Of a DNA stretch of 64,000 bases, positions 12,301 through 27,300 are shown piece by piece (positions within the stretch are counted from its first letter, which is position 1; the number at the start of each line of letters is the position of its first letter). The DNA is from Antedon mediterranea (Eukaryota > Animalia > Echinodermata): positions 6,115,888-6,179,887 of the forward strand of contig NC_092676.1 of NCBI RefSeq assembly GCF_964355755.1, in the 5' to 3' direction. The notes below the pieces were generated by a model. It worked only from the letters and a program-made list of their open reading frames with translations. It had not been told where the DNA came from and searched no databases. The position numbers and the translations under genes are program-made.

Positions 12301-15300
12301 TGTTACTGTGTTGTCGGTATGCGGATGGTTGTCGTTCGCAATTGGTGACAAGTGCGCTCGCTCGTTTAAACACACAGTTCGTTTTCAATAAGTTTGCTTT
12401 CTGATCGTTTTCACTTAATAACATTAGTAATGATTGCCGTAAATATTAGTTTAATAAAACATTTGAAATTATAACTGGATGATTCTGAAGGTTATACTAA
12501 TTAACATTGATTTTTAATTTCTCAATGGTGTTTTTTGCCTGTTGTTCTTTCTTTGTTTATTTCATTTTGACATCTTCTAACTAGTGGTTTTAGTTTATAT
12601 TTGTTTAATTCTTGGTCTGGAGTATTATCATATTTACTTTAAATGGAGGATATTGATTTTAATGTTAAGGTGTTCCAGTAACAATACCACAATACAGCTT
12701 AAGCCTACCAGCAGTTTTGACAATTGTAACTCACTTCTTCAAGGTCTTGGCATTGATGCCTGATTGAGAGAAGATACTAAACAAGATAAAACTGTATTTC
12801 ATTGTAGAGAAAGCAAAATGTTTTTTTTTTAAACTTGTGTACTGTAGGAATAATACACAATAAACAATAACATTTGTATTCTAATTATCAAGCAGAAGGT
12901 GTTTGGTTCGAATCATGTTTGGGGCAGATTTTATAAATCGTTAAAAAATGGATTAATTAACAGATACTGTAAGTGTAAAACATGGCGATTTAGAGTTTTT
13001 CTTCCTGTACATTAATAAAATGAGAAATAAATTGTAAAATAGTTACTTTTAAAGTAAAAGCTTGTTGGCTTGATTGGGTCACACCCTGTTACTACAACTA
13101 CAAGTCGATGGTCTAGCATTGAACATAAAACTTACTTTATATTTGTCTAACTTTATTTTCTCCAGAAGATACTGTATTCTCAACTTTAAATGTTTAACCC
13201 TACTTAAAATAGCTGTGTTGATAACACTTTTAAAACATGGCATTACAAATTTCGCGTTACAATAATTTGAACAAGTTTTAAAAATGACATGGCCAATTAA
13301 CAATCATATGTTTCTTATCAAACATTCTTGTTAGTGATTAGTACATGTCAATCATGCTAAAATGAATCATGCTTATTATCATATGTCGTTAATTTGTCCA
13401 CTCATGAAATGTAGAAAAAAATATATTCTTAACTTTATTCCATGGTTTGTTGTTTTGGATACAGTTATTAGTATACAGTATAAAATCAGTATGCATACAG
13501 TACTGTAGTAACTCCCTGCTCTCTGTATAGAAACTCCCTTTTCTGTATAGATAGAAACTCCCTTTTCTGTATAGATAGAAACTCCCTTTTCTGTATAGAT
13601 AGAAACTCCCTTTTCTGTATAGAAACTCCCTTTTCTGTATAGAAACTCCCTTTTCTGTATAGAAACTCCCTTTTCTGTATAGAAACTCCCTTTTCTGTAT
13701 AGAAACTCCCTTCTCAAGTTTCCACTGTTCAAGTTCAAAGTTCATTTGAATCTTTGTACCATCTAATTTTCTAGCCTAGGATTGTTGTTCCCTGGTATGA
13801 TGCTTTTTCACAGCTTCTGTGTGTGGACAGAGTTCAAAGTTCATGTGAATCTTTTTCTAGTCTAGGATTGTTGTTCCCTGGCATGAATATGCTTCTTCAC
13901 AGTTGGTGTCCAGCAGGTTATCCCATTACCAAGGACATGTCAGCACTCTGGTTACCTCTAAGAATGCTCAAGCATGGTGTGAGGAGGAGCTAACAATGTG
14001 TCTTTGTTTGTTTTTATCTGCTTGTTTTGTCCACAAATAATTTTGTATTTGTTTGATTTTTTAGCTTAATTGATTATAAAGAAATTTAATACATTTATTA
14101 GGTATGTTTTACAATGGAACATTTTATTTATTATTTATTTTATTCGAATTTCTGCCATCAATACAATATTTAATATTACTTTATACTCTAAAAAAATAAT
14201 AAAAACAATAATTATACTGTGGACCGAGCATAATCCCATGCTCGATAAATAAAATCTAAATTTCATCCTTAATTTGGTCTAAAGTTAGTCACAAGACAAT
14301 ATCCATTGTTAAAGTAATCAAAGAATTTAATCCCTCCAACTTTTCCCCAAATTTCATATCAAGGGCCTTGGAACTATTGTATACTGCTGTACTGTATGAT
14401 AATATAACAATTATTGGTGTACTACACTGTATTATTACTGAATACAGATCACTCATGCTTGCTGAATGTACAGTAACCATATAAAGAAACTCTCCACAAC
14501 CGAAATCAGAAGAATAAAGTCAAGTCACCGTAGTGTTTTTTTAAATTTTTATAAAATATTTTACAAATCATTGAACCATGCAAAAATACCATTTGTTGTT
14601 GTGTCCTATCCTGTTAAAAAAGATCTGATAGTTTCCTTGGAGAGAAAGGAAAAGCCTGACAGGAAAAGGAAAAGGCCCAGCCATTAATCCACTGCCAGAA
14701 AGTACAACAAGGTGTGATAGTATCATACTGTACAGCAGATAAAAGTGAAAAGATCTTTCATCGCTAGCTACAAGGTTCAATGCAATACAAATTAAAGTTC
14801 TGGTTTTCCTTCCTAATCCAGACAATTTTACTTTCATGATTTTAAAAACAAAGAAATCTGATTTTAATTGAAACATATATTCATAAATAAAAATTCCTTT
14901 TTTTTTTTTTATTTATTTGGGATCAAAACAAATTGAAACGCACTTCAAAACGATTATTAATTACAATTCTTTTAATTGATATATTGAATACAACTATTTT
15001 GTTTCAATAATAAAAACAAAACGTGGTTCCAAAGTTTAATCGGGGAGGGGAATTAAGAAATTAAATTATAGTCTTTTTTTATGTCTTGTTCAAATTCTAG
15101 CTTCTTCAATGCACATTTTGTAAACCCTGTATTTACTGTACAAGATTGAATTAACTATCAAGTTAATTGACGATGTTAAAAGGTTAGCTTGCAAATGTAT
15201 TAAAACATGATTTGATTATTTAATTAACAATTATAATGAAATTTATAATTATGGTACATTTCAGGAATACAGTATACTATAAGAGCGGTCAATAAATGCC

Positions 15301-18300
15301 TTGTGGTGTATGATTGAATTCCCAGGGATGTTAACTTGAGAGCTGTTGATTGGCTTAGCCAAGCTGGAGTTCTTAAATCTTAGTTCTCTATGCTCTCCCC
15401 TTCAACCAACATGCCTTTGTTCTTTTCTAAACAAATCCCATTTTAAACTGATTAACTGTTTTAAAAAACTGTTTTTTAAAAAAAGACCCTTATTGTAAAC
15501 AAGGCAATCTAGCAACAAAATACTGAGCTTCGGAGATCAAAGGGTTTATCTGTGGCTGCAGTTCCATGCCCCTTAACTTACACTGCGTGCCGCGAGAGTA
15601 TATACAGCAGTGGTGGTACTGTAGTTGTCGCAACCAGACATAACATCAAAGGACTGTTACAAGTTCCTATCTTGACAAGGGGAACCCAGTCCTGTTGTTA
15701 AATAGCCTTGCTACAAAGTTTGGAAATTTGGAACATTTTTTAGTTAATCAATTGATGACCTGATGTCACCCAAATAAAGTCAAGCCTAGCATGTTCACTT
15801 AGAACTGCTATAAAATTTAGAACAGACAATTTTGTTTACAATTTGTGTAAGTGTCATCAATATAGTACTGTACAGTACTCTACTTTTCCAAATATCTACA
15901 CTGTATACCAAAATACTTGACAATACTTGAACTTTGACATGTTAATCTTATGTATAGAAACTTGAATTGGATTGAATGCTGCTACCTCGTATTTCAGTTG
16001 AATTGAAATTCTTTGGTTAAACAAGGCTTATTGAATGCTGACCTCCTGATTCACAGTGTTTTCAGGATGTGTGAATAGGTAGTTATTAAATTCCAACTTA
16101 AGTTAACAATCGAATAAAGTAAGGTTACTGGGGATAGAATAATGCCAGAACTGTGATTTCAGCTTCTGAAAGAAAAGAATGTACCCTTGGGTTTAAAAAA
16201 AACACCAAAATATGGCAAGTACAGTAGATTGGCACAAAAGATTAAAGTACTACAGAAGTTCACACATTACAGTATGCAGTACATGAGGATGTTAATTTGA
16301 AAGAATTTGATATTTACGAAGGAAAAGTTCAATTAAAACTCCTATCAGAAAATATATGGTTGTACAATGTTAATAATTCTGTAACATTTTAATTTTTTTT
16401 AATTGCGGCAGTTCTAAGCAAAAATTGTTTTTTATATATTTTTTTAAATTTTTAGAACAAAAAACACAGAAGCAAAATAATAACACTCTGACTTTGTTAC
16501 AAATGGATTCTCATTTTAAAATTAATTTATTATTATTTAATGTTTATTAGTTTTAAATAAAACAAATAGTTCAATTTTAATAATGGTCAGGTTATAAATA
16601 ATTATAAACACAATGGTTATTGTCCAGACGTGTTTGATGGGCAATCATATTGTACGTTCAGATACGCTTACCACCAACGACCTTTGTGTGAAAAAAACTA
16701 ATAGACCTATAGTATTGATTGTTATTGATCTCCTTCATCTTTGCAAAGTTGGTTTGCTGGTTTAGCTTGTGTTCAAATAAAGAATGGAATACTGTTAGTA
16801 GATGGCAGCTCATTAGGTAAACTGAATTCTACTAGTAAAATTATAATAGATTAGAACTCATTTTAAGGAGACCTAAAAAAGTATTACTTGCAGTTTGATG
16901 GGGTGTCCCCTGAAAAGTGGTTGATTGACTGTGGTGTTTTGACATTATCCCTCTTTCATTTCATGGAAGAGTTATCCCTCTTTCATTTCATGGAAGAGTG
17001 TCCCCTGAATTGAGGTGTCCACTGAATAGAGGTGTCCGCAGAATAGAGGTGTCCGCAGAATAGAGGTGTCCGCAGAATAGAGGTGTCCGCAGAATAGAGG
17101 TGTCCGCAGAATAGAGGTGTCCGCAGAATAGAGGTGTCCACAGAATAGGTGTCCACAGAATAGAGGTGTCCATCGAATAGGGGGTCCCCTGAAGAGAGTT
17201 GTTCCCCAAACACTGTTGTACCATGTTTTACAATTTAATTACACTGCAGTATTTGTACTTGAGAACAATGTAAATATTTGTATTCAACCTATTCAGACTA
17301 ATTTATTTGTTTAGTCACGGCACCAAACAAATACTTCAAAATAATTAATATTCATTTGTTGTGTTCACACAATGAGTTAAGTCCGTATAGCATGGTGTTG
17401 TACAGTTTGTAGGACCATGTCAAGTTATTCTACTGCAGTTACAGTAACTCTTTTTTACTCTTGTACAGTACTGTATCTCCGATATAACTTTGATGTACCA
17501 CTGATGTACAAATACAACCCTGGTTTTTTTCAGAGGTAAAGCGCTGTCTACACTATAAATAAAAACTTTATGCGACAAAAACATGTAAAATGCCCATATA
17601 TGGACATGTCATATCACTACCATATTTGGACATATCACACTTTTGTTGTCAAACTAGTTTGAATGATAGTGTAGACAGAGCTTTAAAACCTAAATTTATT
17701 TGAACAGGATTACAGATAAAATACCAATTTTATGTATAATTTGTTCTTATTCATTTGGATTATATTTAATCAAATCAAATGTAAAGAATAACGATTTCGA
17801 ACGGTTTGTCATTAATCGTCAATTTAGATTCATTAAAGAATAATAATTAATATGGTAATTTCTAATATTTTATAAGAAAAGTGAAACTTATATAACTTAT
17901 ACTTTTGTAATGAATGTAATCATGTAAATTATATTATTACCACATTCAATTTCGTAATAAAATAATTATTTTGAAATCCATAATTGTACAATGAATAAAA
18001 GAAATGTTCAAAAAAGATATATTGGTTTAGTTTTTAATTCCGTGCCTAGCTTACCTGAATAAACTAACATTAGTCCTTTTTCCTCGAAGAGCTAGATATA
18101 ACTCGGAGATGTAGGAATTCTCATTGAACACCCCTCCCCACAAATGGTATAGTCTATGAACTATGCCCTGAGGTGGGATCCTCTCCACAAACCACCATCA
18201 TCATTCTGTAGTTCAAATGAGGTCAAGGGTCATTTATCAAACTGCAAATTCATCTTTCATGGCTTTTTCTGATGTTTCTGAGCATGTGCAGAATAAGTCC

Positions 18301-21300
18301 CAAAGATATGGGTGTATCCAGTAACCTGAATAGGGGTTGGCTGACATACAGTAGTGTTTCTAAATGTACAGTGTTTCCTCTTGTCAGCATTGTACAAGAA
18401 TGTGTTCCCATAACAGGAGTATACTCAAAAGAGGTTAATAATCAATTGGTTTGTCAAAAGGTCATCACAGAATTATAGGTTATAATATTTGCAGAAGGAA
18501 ATTATATTGATAATCTAGATAATTATGATAGTGTTGTAAAACGCCGTGCTTGAAAAAGCATGCGCTTAAATTGACTTTAATGCAGAATATTCTTTTTTGG
18601 TGTTCTACCCCCATTGTGCTATAGTAGTACAGTTCTGTTTTCAAAGGACATTTTTGACTTTATTAGGCAAGACTGTTGAAGTGTTATCACAACAGGAGTT
18701 GTGCCCTCCAGTCAATACTTAGGGGACCTCTTGAAAAACAAAACAAAAGCACTACCAAGTACCAGGAGAGAAATAAAACTGATTTTTTTCTTAGTAGAAA
18801 TAATCAGAAAATGGAACAGGATTAATGTGTCATAAGATGCCACCAGGTGAAATACCTTTAAGCAACTTGTGTAATAATATTGAATTACAAAAATGGCATA
18901 TTATTTGCATTTTATTGGTTATTGTACAGTAGTATATATAGGGTCTATTTTGCATTTTCTTCCTTGTTGTGGAGTTCTTGATCAATTAGTAGAGTTGGAC
19001 TGATGATATTCTTTATACATGACTTGGGGTATCTAATTGGGATATTTAATTATTAAAAACACATTTATTCATTAAGGCATATGGAAATCATGAGGTTTCT
19101 TAAAGTTTTTTAGACTTAGAATTGTTTTGTATACCTTTTCCTGGCCAGCATTATCTTTGGGGTGCCTCTGTCTTGGTTGTTGTCTCTGAACACCCGGTCG
19201 TCTGTGGCAAGGCAAATGTGTATCCTGCTCCTTTGTTTGGTCACCTAGGTAGGGGTCCGGGACCGCGACAGAACGACAACGGATGGGGACCCTCCAAAGA
19301 AATTGCATTTTAGTTGTCAGGAATTTGTATGATTTATTTCTTTTTTATTTTTAAATGCGCCTTGAGCACTCTGGAGTGGTATGTGCGCTATAAAAATCTT
19401 ATTATTATTATTATTATTATCTGTAGCCAATGAAGCGTATCCTAGGGTGCAGACTGTACCTTCCATGTATCCATTCTAACAGCAAGTTCTAGCCTCTAGG
19501 CCAATTCAGACAGCGTTGTACAACTATGGTTTCAAGACGGAACACCTAGATTTGTCGGTGTTCCTCGAGTTGAATCTCGATGAGACAAGTTGCTTCAGCA
19601 TCAAGCATAGTTTATAGGTTCTCGTCGTACGACATGTTCATAGTGCTACAGTAGATCCTCTTCGTTAGTACATCCCTATTCTGGGAACTACATTGAACAC
19701 CTTATGAAACAAATGACGGGCATGCTAGGCCTATTATTAAGAAGACCCTTTTTGTTTCATCTGGAAGGTGACCCAGTAATAGGGATTCTATCTACACTTT
19801 ATGTAACAAAAAAGGTGATGGTGTCACTACCATATTTGGGCACATCACACTTTCATATCACTGCAGTATTTAGACACATCACTGCAATATTTGGACACAT
19901 CACTGCAATATTTGAACACATCACTACCATATTTGGGCACATCAGACTTTTTTTTTTGTCAAACTAGTTTGATAGTGTGGACATAGCTTTATACTATCTA
20001 CTGTTGTAATCCTGTGAATCAATTAAGTCATTTTTAATACCTTTTCCATATCAATGTCTTGTTTTTATGTTATTTTATAAAAGCTATGAATACTAATTTA
20101 TCTAAAGCTGTCATTCAGAATGTAACAGTGGTCACTTTTATGTCCATGACTCATCGACATTCTGAGTGACCCATCTTCTGAATCTTATAATAAATTATCC
20201 AACTTGCTCTTTTTCGACATACTGCATCTTTAAATGGATCATAGCATTATTTGTTAATGATATGGGTTAAAGAAAGGCTGCATGTTTCCTCTCCTGGTGC
20301 GCAATTCTGATTGGTTGCAATGCACTTGAAACAAGTACCCATGTCTGGGATCTACATACTCCTTAGGTCTTCTAAGGGTCTAATTGTAAGGTCTCATTGT
20401 AGGTTCCAAGCAAGGCAATCTAACTTAGGACATGCACCTTGTCAAGATAAATAGGAACTTGTAACAGTCCTTTGATCTTACGTCTGGCTGTGAGAAATAC
20501 CAACAGTACTGTACTATGTACATATTCTCCACAGTGCGTGGTGATTGTGTCGCAGCCAAAGATAAACCCTCCGGAGCCCAGCATCATGTTGTTATATTGT
20601 GTTGGTGGAAGGAATGATGTTCGGACATAATTAGAAATCACATCAGTGTGTATAACCCCAATAATGAGTGAGTGGCCGAGCGGTTAAGACACTGGAACCG
20701 TAATTACGTAGCCATAACATTGGCAAGGATTCGAGGCTCACTCACATTTCTATAAATGGCTGTAATGTTGTCAGCGTCACTGTTTCTGTGGTTAGGCATA
20801 AAAATAATGGTGTTTACTAGGTTGATTTAATAAATAAACGTTAATTTCAATTGATTTGCCTATTTGTGTGTTGATAGCCTTGTGTTTGTTTAGTTTACCG
20901 TTTGTCAAATGAGTTATAAATGTATGAAGTTAATATTCATCTCTTTGTATGAGCTGTTATCCTTTAGGCATCCATTGAAATTAATTTATTTACTAGAATC
21001 TAGGTTGGTGTCTTCAGACAATGTGAAAAGTGATACTATACTACATTTGGTTTATATGGAGCCTGAATTATTTATTTGTGCTATATCATATCACTACTGA
21101 ATGGTTTATAATGTCTTCTAGTGTATGCCTATAAATAATATTAAAGCGAGTGGTTAAGACAGTGGAACCGTAATTACGTAGCCATAACTTCGGCAAGGGT
21201 TCGAGGCTCACTTAATCCATGTTTCTGGTGGTATAACTAGTAGTCTTCTCGGATAAGGACTATAAACTGTAGGTCCAGTATACACATCTAGCTCATGCAC

Positions 21301-24300
21301 ACTTTAAAGAACCTAGTACATCTTTCGAGACGAGTAAGGCGTTAATGATCATAACTGGGGCCTCAGGGAGACCAGTTTTTCACTGAAGAGATCACCTTGT
21401 TTGTATAAATAAAATATTTCAAAAGTAAATTTTAAAAAAATAAATAAAATATGTATTATTTTTGTTTTACAGAAATTTCAAGAGTTAGGAAGACATTACT
21501 ATCAGTAAACACAGATGTAAAACCATTAGTCCTTCCAGAAACAATGGGTCCAGTAGAAAAACTACAAGAAAAACTGTTTATTCCCACAAAGACATATCCA
21601 GAGGTGAGTGCACTTTTGTTTTGAGTTGTATGATTGTATGATCACTGATTCAGGGTTTTTTGATATAGAGCTGGTATTGAGGCCAGTCTATGGACCCATT
21701 CAGGGTTGGTTACTTGCCTGGGCAATTTTGCTTTATGAACTTTGGTGGGTAGATCAAGAACTTACAGGGTAAATAACTAAGCGTGAACGTGCCCTATATA
21801 TTGCAATTTGAAACGATTTAAAGCTAGCCAGATTAACGTAACACTGTCGGTTCTAGCATCAGGAGGGCTAGCATGGACTAGTAAAATCTTCAGCTTACTA
21901 GCCCTGTTAACTATTGATAGTATAAAAAATGTAATCCCGCCATCAACGATGTTAGTAAATTGTACTATACCCATGCTACTATAGTGTTTTGAACAACCCT
22001 TGTACTCCCGGGCTATTAATATCACATGGGCTAGTAATATGGGCTACAACTAAATACCCTGTGGGCTAGTGGGATACGCAAACATGAAATCAAAACTTAG
22101 GATGCAGTAATTTTTTAGATGAATTCAGAATTTACTGCTTGAATAATATCGTAATTAACTCAATGAATAACTCTACTTCCTTTGCACAAGGGTATTACAA
22201 ATCTGACCTTTGACCTTATCTAGAACTGAAACTCTGACAAATTTATACTAAAGAGAAATAATAAATTAACTGGCAAACAAAATAGTGATCAAATTGTTAT
22301 GGCCAATACTTAATTAAAATACACAATTTGATTTTCATAGAATACAAATTGCTAAGTGCGTTTTAATCGTCACATACGCGACAAAAATTGCATTTTATAA
22401 ACTGAAACTATAATTGTGTACTGTAGTTCACCGAATTATTATAGTTTCTCATAATATTATTCAGGCTTTTTACCATTATAAATTAACATCTGTGTGTTTA
22501 TTGTATCAAATTAAGATATTGTCTCATATTCTGTACAGTACTTTATATTTGCAGAATACATTTTTATTATTTTAAATAATTATTAAATTAAAAAAAAGTT
22601 TTTGATGATTACAATTTTATTTCTTGTTTTAATCTATGTTGGAAATTAGCTTCTACGCTGTTTGTTATCATAAAACTTTACGTTGCTCTTATTTACCAGC
22701 AATTATGAGATTTGGAGCTGAGGGTCTTAGTTATGGCTTAAGAAACTCAATGATATTTACATAAAGCTTAATAATTAATAGCAAGACTTAATAAAGAGTG
22801 CTCTACAATTAATAATAAAACAGTTTTTCCTATCTAAAATGTAGTTAATTTATTAGGGGTAAGTTGATTTCATACAACAATCAGTAGGCACAGTTTTTGA
22901 TTGAGTAGGAACCAACTTACTGGGTTAATAACTAAAGCATGAAACAGGCCCATAATTCTTCCTTATGTACTGTACAATTTTGTAATAAAATTTTGAAAAT
23001 TACATACAGACGGAATATACAAATCAATCCTAAATCTTCATTCACATGGAAGATGGCTTCATTTTGTTAAATAATAAAACATATTGTCGGAATTAAACAT
23101 CTCTGTCTTCCTTGAAACGGAACAAGTGTGAATGCAGCTAATACAGTATATTGGAAAAAATGATCATAAAACCTTTGCCACTACATTTTTATATCAATAT
23201 GCAAAATATAAAACAAGTATTTAGAACAAACACTTGCATTTCAAAGCTTGAACATTCTCAAGGTGTCCATAAACTTGCGTACTGAGACTAACATCAAAAT
23301 TAGCAATTTAATATTTAATGTTTCCATAGTAACCATTTGCCCTGGCAGTTATTTGGAAAAGTTAAAACACTCCATGAGTCTTGAAGTGCCTTTACTGAAC
23401 CCTCTTCTGTCATTGATGCACCTGTGTATGTTTGTCAGGTGTCTTGCTGTGGGTTAGATCTTCCTTTACCTATCGTGCAGTGTGGTGTAATTCTATTCGT
23501 TCTTAGTATTTTTTCGTACTGTAATATTTCACAATAATGACGTTAAGATATGAATCTCAAGCTGGGCTTGGAGCTAAAAGTAGGATAGGGAACAAACAAC
23601 ACATTGATAGCTGTTTAATATGAATTACTAAACCTTATTCAAGAATCTTTATTGGTATACATGTATTACTGTAGTATTAGATTTATATAGTGCGAAAAAA
23701 GGTGGAATGTAAAAGTTGATGCCAGAACCCAAACCAAACTATAAAAATACTTCCTCGTTGCTAGCCATGTAAAAACATGCTGTATAAAAGTCCTATAAAT
23801 GATATTTAAAATAAATATAGGCAACAAGCGTAAACAAAATCAATACAACAAACATACAAATATAAAAAATATGATCACTATCGTACTCGGTCACTGAGCT
23901 TAGGTATCCCAATGAAGCGGATTTTCGTTACCGCGATTTTAACACGTTCGTGAAATTTCAAAAAGTGACGTGTCTTTGAAGTTAAAAATATACTATTTCT
24001 GATATACACATGTGAATAAAAATTATATGTCTGGAAAGATCTTGTTTAAGGGATTATTTTCATATATTTTTAATCTATGTTTATTAAATATTTTAATAGA
24101 AAACGCGAGTTAAAAATGAGGTACAAAAGCCGGCGAGCCGAAATCCGCGCGCTAAAAATAACTTTGGAAAACACCTACCCATTTTCAAAACACGATCGCA
24201 CGAGGTCCATAATAGGTGGTGGAGTAATTTTTGTTGCATGTTATCAGGCTTTAAATACTCTTTATTTTGATATGTAAATCGGTTATTATTATTATGTACA

Positions 24301-27300
24301 TCCGCCTCAAATGTCAATTTTAACGATAAAAATTGAATTTTTTAGTCTTTTTCATTATCAAAATCTGGCTAATTTAGTATTGAATTGAAGCTAATTTATA
24401 TTTCTGTTTGATAAACCACATCGTTTTATTTGACTTTGCGTGGACCTCGTGCGAAGAGGCCAACAAGACCAACCACTGAAAAAAATAATCCCTACCATAA
24501 ATATCAGTGTTTACCATTTTCCTTACGGGGGGGATTCAGTTCTCCGCTTATTACTAAATTACCGTCGCCCAGACAATGTGCATGCTATGCATGTATTAGC
24601 GCGTTAATTAATGATTGGATAACCCCTGCAGTGGACTGTTCCATTTTCTGAACTAGTCTTCGCCGCACACGAGGCATGTCGAAAAATGTCGCCTCTCATG
24701 GAATATTTGCTTCGAAACGTCAATTTTACCGATTTATTAAATTATTTAATAAGTGGCATATTTATAAATCTACTATATAAAGCAAGTACGTTAGGAAGAA
24801 ATGTACCGAAGAAATTTAAGAAGCTTTGATTTTGCTATGCAGCGGCCGTAAGCCATTCTATGTAGGCGGCCGAAACGCGCTTTGGCCTGTGTTGCCGTTG
24901 TATGTCTACGCTGTTTCTAGGCCTAAATTTTATTTCGTATATGAGTCAAAATATGCTAAGGTGTTACATAAAATGCCATTTTAATTTGTATTTATAAAAA
25001 ATATTATATACTATACACTAATATGTGTAGGGAATTAATAGATAGTTTAACATGCAACGGTATAACTTACACAGTTTCATTTCACTTCACCCACTATTTT
25101 TTTTTTAAATTTCAAATATGTTGTGATAATGGCCTATTCTCACACCATGAATTTGTAACATTTTGAGTGTCACTTCATAATCCAATTTATATTTGATAAT
25201 TGTGAAGTATAATAAAAAATATTGATTGGGATATTGGAAGTACATATATAAACAATAAATAAAATCAATATATTGACACCACAATATTTTATTTTTGTAT
25301 AATAAATTAATATCTTTGCTTGTGCTGACGTGCGTTACTGTGTCCGTCAACAATCAAGTTTGACTAGGCCTAGGCTGGGTTAGGCCTAGAACAACGGCAA
25401 TACGAAAACCAAAATGTTAAACAATTCAAGGATATGTTTACTCTATATAATGCATCGGATTTTAAATGTAATGTAATTTAATTGTATATAAATCCTGATT
25501 TTAAAAAAATGTCACCATTGTCTGTCAAAAACTAACGCACGCAATGTTTTCCTGTAATTACGGCCGAGAATGAGCAAACAGACGATACTACATGGCAGCC
25601 TACAAATATAGCTCCCGCGATGGCTTCCCGCTGCAAAAATTCTTCACAGAATGTAAACTTGCGTTGCTAAACAACGAAAACTAGTTTCTGTCAAAAATAT
25701 AACGCACGCAAGATATAACGCACGTAAGTACTTAAGATTATTAGAAATCATAAATAAATACATTTAGAACATAAATACATAGTTTAGGCTTTATATATTT
25801 AATTCTAGTGGTATTTTAGGCCTAATAATTACCTCGGTACGGCTATTAGGGCGAACTGTCTCGAGCGACAGCGATAGGCACACGCCTAGGCTAATTTCCT
25901 CAGTGTTTTGACTGACCTTTCTAAATCGTGCGTTATATTTGACAGATATTTCTTCCGTGCGTTAGGCCTTGACATATTTATTGGTTAGATTTTAGTTAAT
26001 TTTAATATCATGGAATGTTCTTTTCAAGTTTTAATACATGTATTCCTAGGTTTTATAACTATACTTCAAACAAGTAGCAATCGCTGGTATTCCGTCTCAG
26101 GAGGAGGAGCGATGGCGAACACGTGCGTTATATTTGACGGACGGCGGCCGTGTATATAAGGATTTGGCAGATCGTGTATTTCATTTCAATTACAAATAGC
26201 GTATTTTAATAGCTTAAATTATACTTCATAAAAAAAAATATTTAATGGAATTAAACAATTTAGTTTCATTTTGTGTGTTGATGATTAGCATGGTAAAATA
26301 ATTTTGAAGTATAACATTTAGTCCAATATAATTATAAATAAATAGATACTATAAATATTAATACCTATAATAAAAATATAGTTAAGTAACTAACAGGCTA
26401 TTTAATTAGTATTAACTTAATAATAATTAAGTATACTAAATTAAAACAAATAGAAATAAAACAAATTAAAATATAAAAGAATAAATCAAATGTACTAACA
26501 ATTAACATAAATAAAAATATTTAAAGAAATATTAAATAAATAAAACATATAGATTTACTAATATAATAATAATTTTTGATGATATATGTATGTGGCGCTG
26601 GTCTAGCTGTCTGCCGCTCACTGATTGTTAAATTGTCTCAATTTCGGTTTTTGCTTATATAATTGTTTAAATGTTGTCTTATATTTCTTAAGTCTTGTGT
26701 ATTGAGTCAGGTCAGTTTGTTGTTTTGTGTAATTCCGGTTTTTTTGTTGTGTTTTTTTAAGTGTTTTTGCTAGGCCAGGTACCTAATTTGTTAGTAGTAA
26801 TTGTCTCTATTCACACAGGGGATAACCAGCTTCAGACTTGTACAATGCTTGTCTTGAATTTTTGTTGAAGGCCTCTTCTATCAAAGTTTTATATTCTGTT
26901 CGTGGTTTTCTTCTCTTGACTTATTCCTCTTAGTTTTTGATCCTTTGTTTTATTCTGAATTGGTTTTTTTTTCCGATAATTATGGGTTTGAATTATAATT
27001 TCTCAAGAACTAATGTATCCGCTTTCAAGCGTAAAAGAGGGCGCCGTGCTGGTCGGAATATGCGGAAGCAAATACTTGTTCAGATCGGAGGAAGAGTAGA
27101 TAATTCTAATATTAATGGTGAGAGAGGGCCTAGCATTCTTGTTCCAATTTTGTGTAAAGCTAAACTTAGTAGGTCTAACATTTACCCTAGTGTTTTTCTG
27201 TGTAATGCGCGCTCGTTATGTAATAAGATGAATGAATTTGAGTTAGTTTTAGCAAACAGTAACATTGATATTGCTGGTATAACAGAATCGTGGTTTCATT

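Noticed and set aside
13379-13745. Repetitive minus-strand ORFs / CRISPR-like array
   Set aside because: Pure tandem 20/24-bp minisatellite with no unique spacers and no cas genes, in a eukaryotic intron.
16983-17224. Repetitive ORFs ([17 protein letters not shown])n / CRISPR-like array
   Set aside because: Translation of a 17-bp tandem repeat; no spacers.
20666-21215. Functional tRNA genes
   Set aside because: Insertion between the A and B boxes, no closed cloverleaf, and continuation into a SINE body.
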